NCBI GenBank assembly: GCA_016213525.1
Contig: JACRAE010000001.1
Location: 11,268-75,267 of the forward strand
Length of the DNA: 64,000 nucleotides
Reading direction: 5' to 3'
Origin: Candidatus Aenigmatarchaeota archaeon
GTDB taxonomy: Archaea > Aenigmatarchaeota > Aenigmatarchaeia > CG10238-14 > SCSR01
Part shown: positions 25,973-35,264 of the stretch, piece after piece
Layout of the letters: every line of letters starts with the position of its first letter
Numbering within the stretch: the first letter of the stretch is position 1
Notes under the pieces: generated by a model
Told to the model about the DNA's origin: nothing
The model's database searches: none
The model's input: only the letters and a program-made list of their open reading frames with translations
Position numbers and translations under genes: made by a program

Positions 25973-27415
25973 CTACTGAGAAGTTTGGACTATCACTATG
26001 CCCGACGCGGTCGACTTCTTCTGCCTCCTCTTGTTGGAGTAGGTGACTGTCGCCGGGTTCAGCTTCAGCGTCCCGACTATGTCCATCTTCGGCCTCAGCC
26101 TGTACGTTATCACCCTCTCCTCGCCGGCCCTCAGGGAGTCGAACTTCCACGTCAGCTCCGTTCCGCCCACGGTCTCGCGCACGTTCGGCTTCATCGTCTC
26201 GAACTTGGAGACTATCTTTGCTATCGGCGGGATGAAGTCGCGCACATAGACGTCCCTCACCTCGTGGACGGACCTGTTGACGACCTCTATAGTGACGGGC
26301 ACCTCGCTCTCCTTTGTTATCGGGCCGAAGAACCTGGACCTCTTCATTATCTTGACCGTGAAGACGAACTTGAACGCAAGCACCACTATGGTCGCGATAA
26401 TTATGATGCTGAGCCAGATCTTCCACAGGACGAGCTTGTAAGTCACCTGGACGGTCTCGCCGGCCGCGATTTCCGTGAAGAGCCACGTCACCCTGGTGGA
26501 AGAGCCCTGGTCCTCCATCGAAGAGGCCTGGATGTCCGACGCGAATATCTCCTTCGCGAAGGACGGCACGATTGCGACGAGCTTTATGTCGGTCGGGGCG
26601 TTGCCCTCGTTAGTCGCCGTGATCGTGTTTGTGATTTCGAATATGCCGTTGGAGTTGGACTCCTGCTGGGAGGTCCTCGTCACCTCTCCAACCTTGAAGT
26701 TCACGGACTTCTGGCTCAGGAGCTGGCCGGACGCGTCCTTCAGCGCGAGCTCCGCGCTGTAGACCCCGGGCTGGTCGAACTGGCCGAATGTATAAAGATT
26801 GGAGAACGTGTTCCTGGACTTCTCGGGGAGGTAGGTTATCGGGGTCTCGAACCTCTTGATGAACTCGCCGTCCTTTGTTATGACGGTCTGTATCAGGAAC
26901 TCGTCGAAGCTGTCCCCGCCCTGGTTGGCCACGAGAGAGCTTATGTTGACGGTCTCGCCGGGCTGGTAGGAGAACTTGTTCGTGCCCAGAGAGAGCACGA
27001 ATACGGGGCTCCTCCTCGTTATGTGGACGACCACCTCTTTCGTCGCCGTCAGTGACGCGTCGTCCGTGGAGGCCGCCGTTATGGAGAACACCCTTGGGAC
27101 GAAGTCCGCGTCGAACTGCGAGCTGAACGTCAGCCTCGTCGTCTTGGACTCGAGCGGGGCGAGGGTCACGTGCCCGAGCGTGGAGTCCGCGTACACGAGG
27201 TTCAGCGTGCCGGGGAAAACGGATATCGTGAAGACGTGCTGCTTGACGTCGTTGTTCTTTATCGTGGCCTCGACGTAGTCCTGGTCGCCGTTGAAGAACG
27301 TGACGTCGTTGGAGGACAGGAATATCGTCGGGTTGTTGCTCGACTGTGCGGCCGACGCCGACGCGAGGATCAGCGAAGAGAGCACGAAGGATGCTAAAAT
27401 TGTCTTGTTGTTCAC
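25973..27415 (-). CDS. signal-peptide membrane protein with beta-sandwich (CARDB/DUF11-like) repeats
   Basis: 480 aa. It has an N-terminal signal sequence, a TM span near residues 345-365, and a roughly 110-aa C-terminal domain after the TM. Confidence 0.65.
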   Translation of the reverse strand: MNNKTILASFVLSSLILASASAAQSSNNPTIFLSSNDVTFFNGDQDYVEATIKNNDVKQHVFTISVFPGTLNLVYADSTLGHVTLAPLESKTTRLTFSSQFDADFVPRVFSITAASTDDASLTATKEVVVHITRRSPVFVLSLGTNKFSYQPGETVNISSLVANQGGDSFDEFLIQTVITKDGEFIKRFETPITYLPEKSRNTFSNLYTFGQFDQPGVYSAELALKDASGQLLSQKSVNFKVGEVTRTSQQESNSNGIFEITNTITATNEGNAPTDIKLVAIVPSFAKEIFASDIQASSMEDQGSSTRVTWLFTEIAAGETVQVTYKLVLWKIWLSIIIIATIVVLAFKFVFTVKIMKRSRFFGPITKESEVPVTIEVVNRSVHEVRDVYVRDFIPPIAKIVSKFETMKPNVRETVGGTELTWKFDSLRAGEERVITYRLRPKMDIVGTLKLNPATVTYSNKRRQKKSTASGIVIVQTSQ

Positions 27416-27493
27416 TTAGTCTGGCACCTGGCTATTGTATCATTTCGATTTCAGGTGGTTTAAATGTGAGCCCGGGACCGAAACCAGAAGGGG

Positions 27494-28084
27494 CTACTTG
27501 TTCTTCGGCTTGGAGTCCGCCATGGCGTGGAATATTGGGTCGAAGTCTATGTCGATTTTCTGGTTCCATTTGTTGACGTACGTCACGTTCTCGAACGGGT
27601 TGATCTTCCTGTCCTCCTTCTTGCCCTTCGGGTAGCCTATCGGCATAATTATCAGGGGCCTCACGTTCTCGGGCAGGTTGAGGGCGTTCTTCACCTCCTC
27701 CTCGTCGAAGCTCTTGATTATGTCGAACCCGATCTCCAGAGCGTTCGCAGCGAGCGCCATGTATGCGGCGCATCCGCCTATGTCCTCCGGGGCGTAGACC
27801 AGCTCGCCCCTCTTCCCGTACTTCAGGGCCGCCTTCCTCAGGTCGGCGCACACCACGATGACCGAGGGTGCTATTTTGACGTGCCTCAGGCCGAGCGCCG
27901 CGTCGGACAGGGCCTCCTTCTTGGCGTCGTCCTCGACCACCACGAACTCCCACTCCTGCAGGTTGCCCGCCGTGGGGGCGTGCGTGCCCGTGTGCAAAAT
28001 AAGGCCTATTATCTTCTCGTCCACCGGCTTCTTGTGGAAGTCGGTCGTGAGCGTCAGAGAAGTCGTTGCTTCGAATATATTCAT
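27494..28084 (-). CDS. nitroreductase-family protein
   Basis: 196 aa. HAPTAGNLQEWEFVVV... and IIMPIGYP fit the NADH/FMN nitroreductase fold. Confidence 0.85.
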   Translation of the reverse strand: MNIFEATTSLTLTTDFHKKPVDEKIIGLILHTGTHAPTAGNLQEWEFVVVEDDAKKEALSDAALGLRHVKIAPSVIVVCADLRKAALKYGKRGELVYAPEDIGGCAAYMALAANALEIGFDIIKSFDEEEVKNALNLPENVRPLIIMPIGYPKGKKEDRKINPFENVTYVNKWNQKIDIDFDPIFHAMADSKPKNK

Positions 28085-28118
28085 GCAAAGTACCTAGGAT
28101 AAGGTTCGCAGTCAATCG

Positions 28119-28280
28119 TTAAAGCCTTTTCGTGGCGCCGCACTGCGGGCACACGAAGTGCTCCCTGTCGTGGGACGGGTCTATCCTCTCCCTGACCATC
28201 CTGACCTCGTCGCCGGCGTTCTTCGCGCAACCCTCGCACTGCCTGAATGTCCAGCTGGCGGGCTCGTCTCCGAAAGGCAT
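28119..28280 (-). CDS. 53-aa zinc-ribbon micro-protein
   Basis: Read by hand: MPFGDEPASWTFRQCEGCAKNAGDEVRMVRERIDPSHDREHFVCPQCGATKRL. It competes with an Arg-rich 67-aa ORF-track frame that looks spurious. Confidence 0.5.
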   Translation of the reverse strand: MPFGDEPASWTFRQCEGCAKNAGDEVRMVRERIDPSHDREHFVCPQCGATKRL

Positions 28281-28317
28281 TCAAAGATTTTATGCTTCGG
28301 TCGGCTTAAACATAATC

Positions 28318-30003
28318 ATGGATTATTCGGTTCTGGCGGAGACTTACGAGAGGCTCGAGGCCGAGCCCTCGAAGCTGAAGAAGGCGGACATCCTGGCCGA
28401 GCTCTTCTCGAAGGCGCCGGGGCAGGACCTGGAGAAGGTCGTCCTGATGATGAGGGGCACGGTTTTCCCGGGGTATTCCCAAATGGAGCTCGGAATAGCC
28501 GACAAGCTGGTGATAAAGGCGGTGGCGCGCGCCACCGGTTTCAAGGAGGACCGTGTCGTCGACATGTTCAAGAGGACGGGGGACCTCGGCCTCGCCGCGG
28601 AGGCGTGCCTGAAGTCGAAGAAACAGATGAGCTTCTCCAAGAGGAGGCTCACCGTTGATTTCATTTTTTCCGACCTCAGGAAGCTCGCGGACATGACGGG
28701 CGGCGGGTCCCAGGACAGGAAGCTCGACCTGATAGCGGAAATGATAGTCTCCGCCAAGCCCGTCGAGGCGCGCTATATTATTAGGACGGTGCTCTCGAAC
28801 CTCCGCGTGGGGGTCATGGACGCGATGATCAAGAACGCCATAGTGGCGGCCTTCCTGGCGTCCGATGACAAGAAGGAGGCGTCGGACGCCGTCGAGTACG
28901 CGCTGAACATCATAGCCGACTTCGGCGAGGTCGCCGCCATAGCGAAGGAGAGAGGGCTGTCCGGCCTCAGGAAGGCTAGGATAGACGTCGGGAAGCCGAT
29001 ACAGGTCATGCTCGCGGAGAAGGGGGAGTCGATAGACGAGATTCTGAAGAAATACAAGAAGGTCGCAATAGAGTGGAAGTTCGACGGGATGCGCGCCCAG
29101 GTGCATAAGAGGGACGGCGAGGTCCTGATATTCACGCGCAGGCTCGAGGACGTCACGAGGCAGTTCCCGGACCTGGTGAAGCTCGTGAAGGAGTCGGTGA
29201 AGTCGAGGGAGTGCGTGATCGAGGGCGAGCTCCTCGCGATAAACAAGAAGACGGGCGAGCCCATGCCGTTCCAGACGCTCTCCCAGCGCGTGAAGAGGAA
29301 GCACCACATAGAGAAGATGGCGGGGGAGATTCCGATACAGATGAACTTTTTCGACGCGATATACGTCGACGGCGAGCTGCTGATCAACACGCCGTTCGGC
29401 GAGAGGAGGAAGATTCTCGAGAGGATCGTTAGGCCGATACACGGGAAGATACAGCTCGCGAGGCAGATCACGACCGACGACCTGAAGGACGCGGAGAAGT
29501 TCTACAGGTCCGCGCTCGACGCCAAGCAGGAGGGCATAATGCTGAAGGTGCTCGACTCTTCATATGTGTTCGGAAGGCACGTCGACGGCTGGATCAAGAT
29601 CAAGCCCGTCATGGAGACGCTCGACCTGTTGATCGTGCGCGCGACTTGGGGCGAGGGCTCGAGGGCGAACTGGCTCACATCTTTTGCGCTGGCGTGCCGC
29701 GACCCGGAGAGCGGCGGACTCCTCGAATGCGGCATGATGTCGACCGGCCTCACGGAGGACGAGTACAGGGAGATGACGAAGACCCTGAAGCCGCTCATAG
29801 TCGCCGAGAAGGGGAAGGATGTGACGGTGAGGCCCAAGGTGATAGTCGAGGTGGCGTACCAGGAGATACAGAAGTCGCCGACCTACTCGTCCGGGTTCGC
29901 CCTGAGGTTCCCCGCGTTCAAGAATCTGAGGCCGGACAAGGACGACGCCGACCCGATAGACCGCGTCAGGAAGCTCTACGCGAGCCAGGGAAGGGCCGGC
30001 TGA
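28318..30003 (+). CDS. lig: ATP-dependent DNA ligase
   Basis: 561 aa from ATG 28318 (MDYSVLAETYERLE...). The adenylation motif is EWKFDGMRAQ (KxDGxR). The ORF-track start at 28132 is an upstream over-extension. Confidence 0.95.
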   Translation: MDYSVLAETYERLEAEPSKLKKADILAELFSKAPGQDLEKVVLMMRGTVFPGYSQMELGIADKLVIKAVARATGFKEDRVVDMFKRTGDLGLAAEACLKSKKQMSFSKRRLTVDFIFSDLRKLADMTGGGSQDRKLDLIAEMIVSAKPVEARYIIRTVLSNLRVGVMDAMIKNAIVAAFLASDDKKEASDAVEYALNIIADFGEVAAIAKERGLSGLRKARIDVGKPIQVMLAEKGESIDEILKKYKKVAIEWKFDGMRAQVHKRDGEVLIFTRRLEDVTRQFPDLVKLVKESVKSRECVIEGELLAINKKTGEPMPFQTLSQRVKRKHHIEKMAGEIPIQMNFFDAIYVDGELLINTPFGERRKILERIVRPIHGKIQLARQITTDDLKDAEKFYRSALDAKQEGIMLKVLDSSYVFGRHVDGWIKIKPVMETLDLLIVRATWGEGSRANWLTSFALACRDPESGGLLECGMMSTGLTEDEYREMTKTLKPLIVAEKGKDVTVRPKVIVEVAYQEIQKSPTYSSGFALRFPAFKNLRPDKDDADPIDRVRKLYASQGRAG

Positions 30004-30044
30004 CGCCCGAAACCCTCTTAAGTCTAATTCGTCACTGATTACAG

Positions 30045-30149
30045 ATGGGAATAAAAGACACCGCCGGCGCGGCGTTCGTCGGGGCGTGCTTCGTCCTGAT
30101 GATACTCGTCATAGTGATGGGACAGTTCGTGATCCCGAAATTATTCTGA
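30045..30149 (+). CDS. 34-aa single-TM micro-protein (tentative)
   Basis: Read by hand: MGIKDTAGAAFVGACFVLMILVIVMGQFVIPKLF. Confidence 0.25.
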   Translation: MGIKDTAGAAFVGACFVLMILVIVMGQFVIPKLF

Positions 30150-30223
30150 GTCAAACAGACATCGCGTGGAGGGCGCTGAAAGCTTTTAAGCTTCGGTCTA
30201 CCATCACTAAATAGTCAGAACAG

Positions 30224-31051
30224 GTGCAAAAAATGATTGCTTCCAACAAGGTCATGGACGTCCTCAAGGGAATCGGCCTCAACCTTTACGAGAGGAAGCT
30301 CTGGGTCGCGCTTCTGGCGCGCGGGACTTCTAATGCCGGCGAGCTCTCTGGGATAGCAGGCGTTCCGAGGTCCAGGGCATATGACATTTTGCAGAGCCTG
30401 GCTGAAAAGGGATTTGTTGTTGTTCAGAACGCGAAGCCGATAAAATACGTCGCGATTTCCCCGTCCGAGGCCCTCGAGAGGGCGAAGGGCAAGATGGAGG
30501 AGGAGATTGCGACGATGGTCGAGAGGATAGACGACCTGAAGTCCTCGCCGGTCATGAAGGAGCTGAACGATATTTTCAACAAGGGCATGAAGATGGTGTC
30601 GAGCGAGGAGATGACGGGCGCCCTGAAGGGCAGGCACATGATGAAGCAGCACATGGACACGATGTTCAGGGCGGCGAGCAAGCACATCAAGATTGTAACG
30701 ACGGCCGAGGGGGCGAGGGAGCTGCACGAGCACCACTACGACTCGCTAAAGAGGGCGAGCGACGGCGGGGTCAAGATAAAGATAGCTACGATTGTCAACG
30801 ACAAGAACCAGGACGCGATAAAGGCCCTGAACGGCGTCGCGGACGTCAGGCACATGGGAGACAAGGAGTCGCAGATAGGCGGCAGGTTCTGCGTCGTGGA
30901 CGGAAAGGAGACCATAATCGGGCTAACCGACCCTAAGGTCGCGCACGACACCCAGCACATATCGATGTGGAGCAAGTCCGAGCACGCCGCCGCTAAGATG
31001 TTCGAGCCGATATTCGAGATGATCTGGAACGGCTCGAAGCCAGCTGCTTGA
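30224..31051 (+). CDS. TrmB-family transcriptional regulator (second copy)
   Basis: 275 aa. LYERKLWVALLARGTSNAGELSGIAGVPRSRAYDILQSLAEKGFV is a TrmB wHTH. AGGTG lies upstream of the start. Confidence 0.85.
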   Translation: MQKMIASNKVMDVLKGIGLNLYERKLWVALLARGTSNAGELSGIAGVPRSRAYDILQSLAEKGFVVVQNAKPIKYVAISPSEALERAKGKMEEEIATMVERIDDLKSSPVMKELNDIFNKGMKMVSSEEMTGALKGRHMMKQHMDTMFRAASKHIKIVTTAEGARELHEHHYDSLKRASDGGVKIKIATIVNDKNQDAIKALNGVADVRHMGDKESQIGGRFCVVDGKETIIGLTDPKVAHDTQHISMWSKSEHAAAKMFEPIFEMIWNGSKPAA

Positions 31052-31086
31052 TATTGGCGTAAATTTTTCTAAATTAACGGAAAATC

Positions 31087-32943
31087 TTATACCGTTCCGA
31101 ACGTCGGGCGCATCGATAGCTTCTTCGGCAGCGACAGGCTCCTGAAAGGCTTCCCTACACAGTCCCCCTTCAGCTTCTCGACAAGCTGCTCGACGGTGGA
31201 CTCTTCTTCCTTGCCGGTCTTCCTCTCCCTGAGGGATATTTTCCCGGACTCGACCTCCCTCTCGCCCAGGACGACTATGTATGGGACCCACTCCAGTTCG
31301 GCGGAGCGCACCTTCTTCCCGACTCCCTCCTTCCTGTCGTCCAGGTCGACTCTTATGTCGTTGCCCTCTATATCTCTCATTATTTTTTCCGCGTGCTCCA
31401 GGAACTTGTCGGACAGCGGGACGACTCTGACCTGGACCGGGGAGAGCCACACGGGGAGCGACGGCACCTTCCCGTTCTTCTCGTCCATGTCGGCCTTCTC
31501 CAGGAGCGCGTACATCACCCTCTCTATCGCGCCGGAGGGCGAAGCGTGCAAAATGAACGGGTGCTTGGCGGAGCTGTTCTCGTCGATGTACTTCACGTTG
31601 AACCTCTTGCCGTTCTCGTGGTCCAGCTGCACAGTAGACAGCGCCGCGGCCTTGCCCATGCTGTCGACGAAGTTGAATTCGAACTTCGGGTCGAAGTACG
31701 CGAACCTCGAGCTCCACATCTCGACGAGTATCGGCCTCCCGATCTTCTTCACGAGCGACAGGACGAACCCCTTGTTGTCCTTCCAGAAATCATCGGTCAT
31801 CCTTATCGCCATCTCGTACTCGTCTATCTCGAGGTCCTCCATGCACTCCACGCAGAGCTCGAACTGCTTCTCGAACTCCCTCTTCGACATCTCCATGTCG
31901 GAGCAGAGAGTGTGCATGTCCGGCATGGTGAACGCCCTCAGCCTCCTGAGGCCCGCGAGCTCGCCCGCCTTCTCGAGCCTGAACGAGTACCTAGTCAGCT
32001 CGTAGACCCTCATGGGAAGGTCCTTGTAGGATATGTTGGAGTCCGCCATCAGGAGGAACTGGCCGAAGCACGCGGAGAACCGGAGGAAGAAGTCCTTCTT
32101 CGCCGAGGTCACGACGTACTGCCTGGCCGGGAACCTGTTGAGGTACTCCTTCAGGGCCGGGTGCTCGTAGTCGTACATTATCGGCGTCTCGACCTCCATA
32201 GCGCCGTAGTCCACCGTCTTCTGAGTGACCCACTGCTCGAGCAGCGCCTTCACAATCCTGCCCTTCGGCAGGAACTTGAAGTTGCCCGGGTCGCTCCCCG
32301 GCTCGTTGTCGACCATCTCGAGCTTCTTCATAAGGGTGATGTGCGGCGGCATCTGGTGCACTGCCCTGACCTTCTCTATCTCGTAGCCCACGAACTTCTT
32401 CAGGTTCCCGCTGCCCGAGAAGTCGAAGTCGCCGGCCGGGCTGAGCTTTCCCGACGGCTCGAGTATGTGCCAGCTCGAGGCTATCTTCTCCTCCGCCTTT
32501 ATCGCATCGGAGACCTTCTCGCCGCCGACCTCGCCGGAAGAAAACACCTTGGACTGTTCCGCCATCGGGTGGCCCTTGACCTTCATCTCCATCGCCTTGT
32601 TCCATCCGAAGGGGGCGCGCGATACCTCGAGGCCGAGCTCCCCGGACCTCTTGACCATCGCCTCCAAAACTTCCATCGCCTCCGACGGCTTCGAGAGGTC
32701 CCTGCTCAGGTGGGCGAACGGGTAGACCAGTACGCGGCCGCATTTTATCTTGCCTGCGAACTCGTTGACCTCGTCTATCGCCTTCCTCCCGACGGCCGGG
32801 TCGTCGCCCTTCTCGACTGACGTGAAAAGAACCAGCGCATTCTCGACCCTCGTCTTCACCATCTCGACGTCCTCCGCCGACTTGAGCTCCTTCTTGATCG
32901 GCTCGTACTCTATGTAGTCGACGTGGGTCTGCAGTATCCTCAT
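31087..32943 (-). CDS. thrS: threonyl-tRNA synthetase, archaeal type with N-terminal editing domain
   Basis: 618 aa. The N-terminus, MRILQTHVDYIEYEPIKKE..., matches the archaeal ThrRS editing domain. A class-II core and a C-terminal anticodon-binding domain follow. Confidence 0.93.
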   Translation of the reverse strand: MRILQTHVDYIEYEPIKKELKSAEDVEMVKTRVENALVLFTSVEKGDDPAVGRKAIDEVNEFAGKIKCGRVLVYPFAHLSRDLSKPSEAMEVLEAMVKRSGELGLEVSRAPFGWNKAMEMKVKGHPMAEQSKVFSSGEVGGEKVSDAIKAEEKIASSWHILEPSGKLSPAGDFDFSGSGNLKKFVGYEIEKVRAVHQMPPHITLMKKLEMVDNEPGSDPGNFKFLPKGRIVKALLEQWVTQKTVDYGAMEVETPIMYDYEHPALKEYLNRFPARQYVVTSAKKDFFLRFSACFGQFLLMADSNISYKDLPMRVYELTRYSFRLEKAGELAGLRRLRAFTMPDMHTLCSDMEMSKREFEKQFELCVECMEDLEIDEYEMAIRMTDDFWKDNKGFVLSLVKKIGRPILVEMWSSRFAYFDPKFEFNFVDSMGKAAALSTVQLDHENGKRFNVKYIDENSSAKHPFILHASPSGAIERVMYALLEKADMDEKNGKVPSLPVWLSPVQVRVVPLSDKFLEHAEKIMRDIEGNDIRVDLDDRKEGVGKKVRSAELEWVPYIVVLGEREVESGKISLRERKTGKEEESTVEQLVEKLKGDCVGKPFRSLSLPKKLSMRPTFGTV

Positions 32944-32978
32944 GGAAAGGATTTCTTTACCGAAGGTTAAATTGCTTT

Positions 32979-33914
32979 GTGGAAAGGCATAAAATTCACC
33001 TTTATTTCAGGCACTACGTGCACGACGAGGACACCCTCGCCAGATACAAGAAGATAGTCAACCGCGTCAACCGGGCGACGAAGCTCACGGACTTCAAGTT
33101 CGGCATAGTGGTCAGCTACGACCCCGGGATGTCCGTGCACCTGAAGGACGAGGTGAACAAGATATCGGTGAAGCTCATCGAGAACAACGTGGAGTTCTCC
33201 GTGAAGGTGGCCCACGGCGCCGGGTTCTCGCTCTTCAACGTGATTGAGGAGAACCTCAGCAACATGAGCGTCGACAGGGAGAACTTCTTCGTCTGCTGCG
33301 TGGACGGAGACTCGTACCCTATAGACGACGTGAGATTCTTGAGACAGGTGAGGAAGATAACGGACGAGATGGCGAGGGAGGGGGCGATCCTCGGGCTGGC
33401 CCAGCGCACCAAGATAATTTTGCCGGGCGCGAGCGAGCTCTACAGGGAGATCGACGAGATGGCGTTCGCCCTGTGCCTGAGGGGGAGGCTCCCGGTGAAG
33501 AAGTCTGTTCTTCTAAAGATTCCGCCGGCTTACGCGGAGTTCGGCGACCCGGTGCCTGGGTTCTACTGCGTGAACATGACGCACCCCAAAATTGGAGACC
33601 TGTTCAGGAACATGGAGGAGGACATGGTGAAGTCCGACATGACGCACTTCACCGGCGACTTCTATCTGGTGCTGGCGGCGGCCCAGATGGGCAAGTTAGT
33701 GACGGACATAGTACCGCTGGAGGACAACCCAATGGGAAGCTTCTCCATGGAGAACATAAGGAGCAAGTCGAGGGATTTGGGCAGGACCAGCCTGAGGAAG
33801 GTCTACCTGGCCGGTATCAAGTCGGAGGAGAACAGGAAGCTCCTAGAGAAGCACTATCCGCCCGAAAGCGTCGAGAAGGTGAGGGACGTCATACTGAAGG
33901 CCATGCTGAGGTAG
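32979..33914 (+). CDS. hypothetical protein, possibly GT-A-fold glycosyltransferase-like
   Basis: 311-aa ORF with a GTG start whose position is uncertain. FFVCCVDGDSYP resembles a DxD-containing strand. The functional call is weak. Confidence 0.45.
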   Translation: MERHKIHLYFRHYVHDEDTLARYKKIVNRVNRATKLTDFKFGIVVSYDPGMSVHLKDEVNKISVKLIENNVEFSVKVAHGAGFSLFNVIEENLSNMSVDRENFFVCCVDGDSYPIDDVRFLRQVRKITDEMAREGAILGLAQRTKIILPGASELYREIDEMAFALCLRGRLPVKKSVLLKIPPAYAEFGDPVPGFYCVNMTHPKIGDLFRNMEEDMVKSDMTHFTGDFYLVLAAAQMGKLVTDIVPLEDNPMGSFSMENIRSKSRDLGRTSLRKVYLAGIKSEENRKLLEKHYPPESVEKVRDVILKAMLR

Positions 33915-33957
33915 TTTCGGCAAGCTTAAGAAAAACGAAGAGACAATTAATTCTCAC

Positions 33958-34030
33958 AGACCCGTCGTCTAGTGGCCAAGGACATCAGCCTCTGGAGCTG
34001 AGGACACCGGTTCGAATCCGGTCGGGTCTA
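33958..34030 (+). tRNA. tRNA-Gln (CUG)
   Basis: AGACCCG/CGGGTCT acceptor, TCAGC-CTCTGGA-GCTGA anticodon arm, ACCGG-TTCGAAT-CCGGT T-arm. No CCA is encoded. Confidence 0.85.
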
Positions 34031-34465
34031 CTTCTTCGACCTATCGTTGATGTAGTTGAAGGTGTCCCTGCAGGCCTCAAGGGCGAGCACTATCTCGGAG
34101 TCCTTCGGGTCCTTGCTCTTCCCAAGCCCCATTTTCATTATGTAGGAGACCGAGTTCACGGTCTGCGGGGTGCTGCTCTTGTTGAGCATGTACAGCGACT
34201 CGCTGTAGACGTCGTTCTTTTTACCGGAGGCCTTCTGGACAATCAGGCTCCTTGCATAGTTCAGCTTCACGTCGTAGAACTTCATTATTTGTCCGATGTT
34301 CGGGTTCCCGTTCTCAAACGGCTTGTACTTCCTCAGAAAATCGCTGAGGCCGTCCGACTCGTTGTAGTCCGAGGCGACTATCCTGTCCCGGCGGTCCTGC
34401 TTTAAAATCTCGCCGATTGGATTTTCGCCCCCGACCCTTCCGTTTTTTTGTCTCATTTCAATCAC
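34028..34465 (-). CDS. hypothetical protein (145 aa)
   Basis: ATG-started ORF whose stop overlaps the 3' end of tRNA-Gln by 3 nt. No motif recognised. Confidence 0.5.
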   Translation of the reverse strand: MIEMRQKNGRVGGENPIGEILKQDRRDRIVASDYNESDGLSDFLRKYKPFENGNPNIGQIMKFYDVKLNYARSLIVQKASGKKNDVYSESLYMLNKSSTPQTVNSVSYIMKMGLGKSKDPKDSEIVLALEACRDTFNYINDRSKK

Positions 34466-34531
34466 CTAAAGTTGCTACCAATTATAACTAAAATGAAGGA
34501 GGGAAAACCGAAATCAAAAATTAAGGTCCCT

Positions 34532-34738
34532 TTACTTCTTCTTGGACTTGGCGGCCTTGACGATCTTAGAGGTCCCCTTGACCACCTTCATCCTCTGCTT
34601 CAGGTACTTCAGCTTCTCCTGGAGGAACTGGATCTCCCTGACGGACCTGGCGTTGAACAGGTCCTGTGTGGTCTGGTCCATCTGCTCCTGGATGAAGTCC
34701 CTCGAATTGATTGTTTCTTGTGGGCTCATGTTATTCAC
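34532..34738 (-). CDS. small coiled-coil, Lys-rich protein (68 aa)
   Basis: ATG-started ORF with heptad-like charged sequence and a KKK tail. Confidence 0.45.
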   Translation of the reverse strand: MNNMSPQETINSRDFIQEQMDQTTQDLFNARSVREIQFLQEKLKYLKQRMKVVKGTSKIVKAAKSKKK

Positions 34739-34841
34739 TTAACCACTAACTAGTAGTGACCATATATAAAGATTTACTACGCTACAGTAACGAAATGCTT
34801 ATATGGGACTTCCGCGATAAGAATCACTAGGAAGTGATAAC

Positions 34842-35171
34842 ATGGATGGACAGAAATCACATAAAAAGTACGGGCACACCGCCCAGGAATTGGACATGTC
34901 TCAGATGCCGTGGCTCGAGCGCCTGACGAGCAGGAGCGAAGCCGGCAAGACGATGGACCAATATGGCAACGCCAGGGTATCGGAGCCCTCCCAGGTGACT
35001 TGGATAGATCTCCTGGTCAACGTGGAGGATTCTGGGAAGAACCTGGACCAATATGCGGGAGTTCTCGAGCTGAGGAAGGCCTCCGTTCTGACCCCATATG
35101 GTTGCAAGAAGCTCGGCCTGGTCTCGATAGACCCCGTGGGCAGGAGCAACTACGTCAAAAAGAGCGACTGA
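34842..35171 (+). CDS. hypothetical protein (109 aa) with an internal repeat
   Basis: GKTMDQYGNARV and GKNLDQYAGV form an internal duplication. Confidence 0.45.
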   Translation: MDGQKSHKKYGHTAQELDMSQMPWLERLTSRSEAGKTMDQYGNARVSEPSQVTWIDLLVNVEDSGKNLDQYAGVLELRKASVLTPYGCKKLGLVSIDPVGRSNYVKKSD

Positions 35172-35264
35172 GGGAAATTTCAGCCGGCCGGGAGGAATTC
35201 TTAGGAGCCTGGCAAGCGTATTTTTCGAAACATATTTAACAAGTGTTAGACAAACTCATTAGCG

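Noticed and set aside
28132-28317. An N-terminal 62-aa extension of DNA ligase suggested by the ORF track (start at 28132).
   Set aside because: The extension is not ligase-like. The canonical ligase N-terminus, MDYSVLAETYERLE, begins at ATG 28318. The extension also overlaps a better-looking minus-strand zinc-ribbon ORF.
30160-30200. An apparent palindrome around gaaagcttttaagcttc upstream of the second TrmB gene.
   Set aside because: On checking the reverse complement it is not a true palindrome. It is two HindIII-like AAGCTT sites. The TTTTAAG is more simply the TATA box of the 30224 gene.
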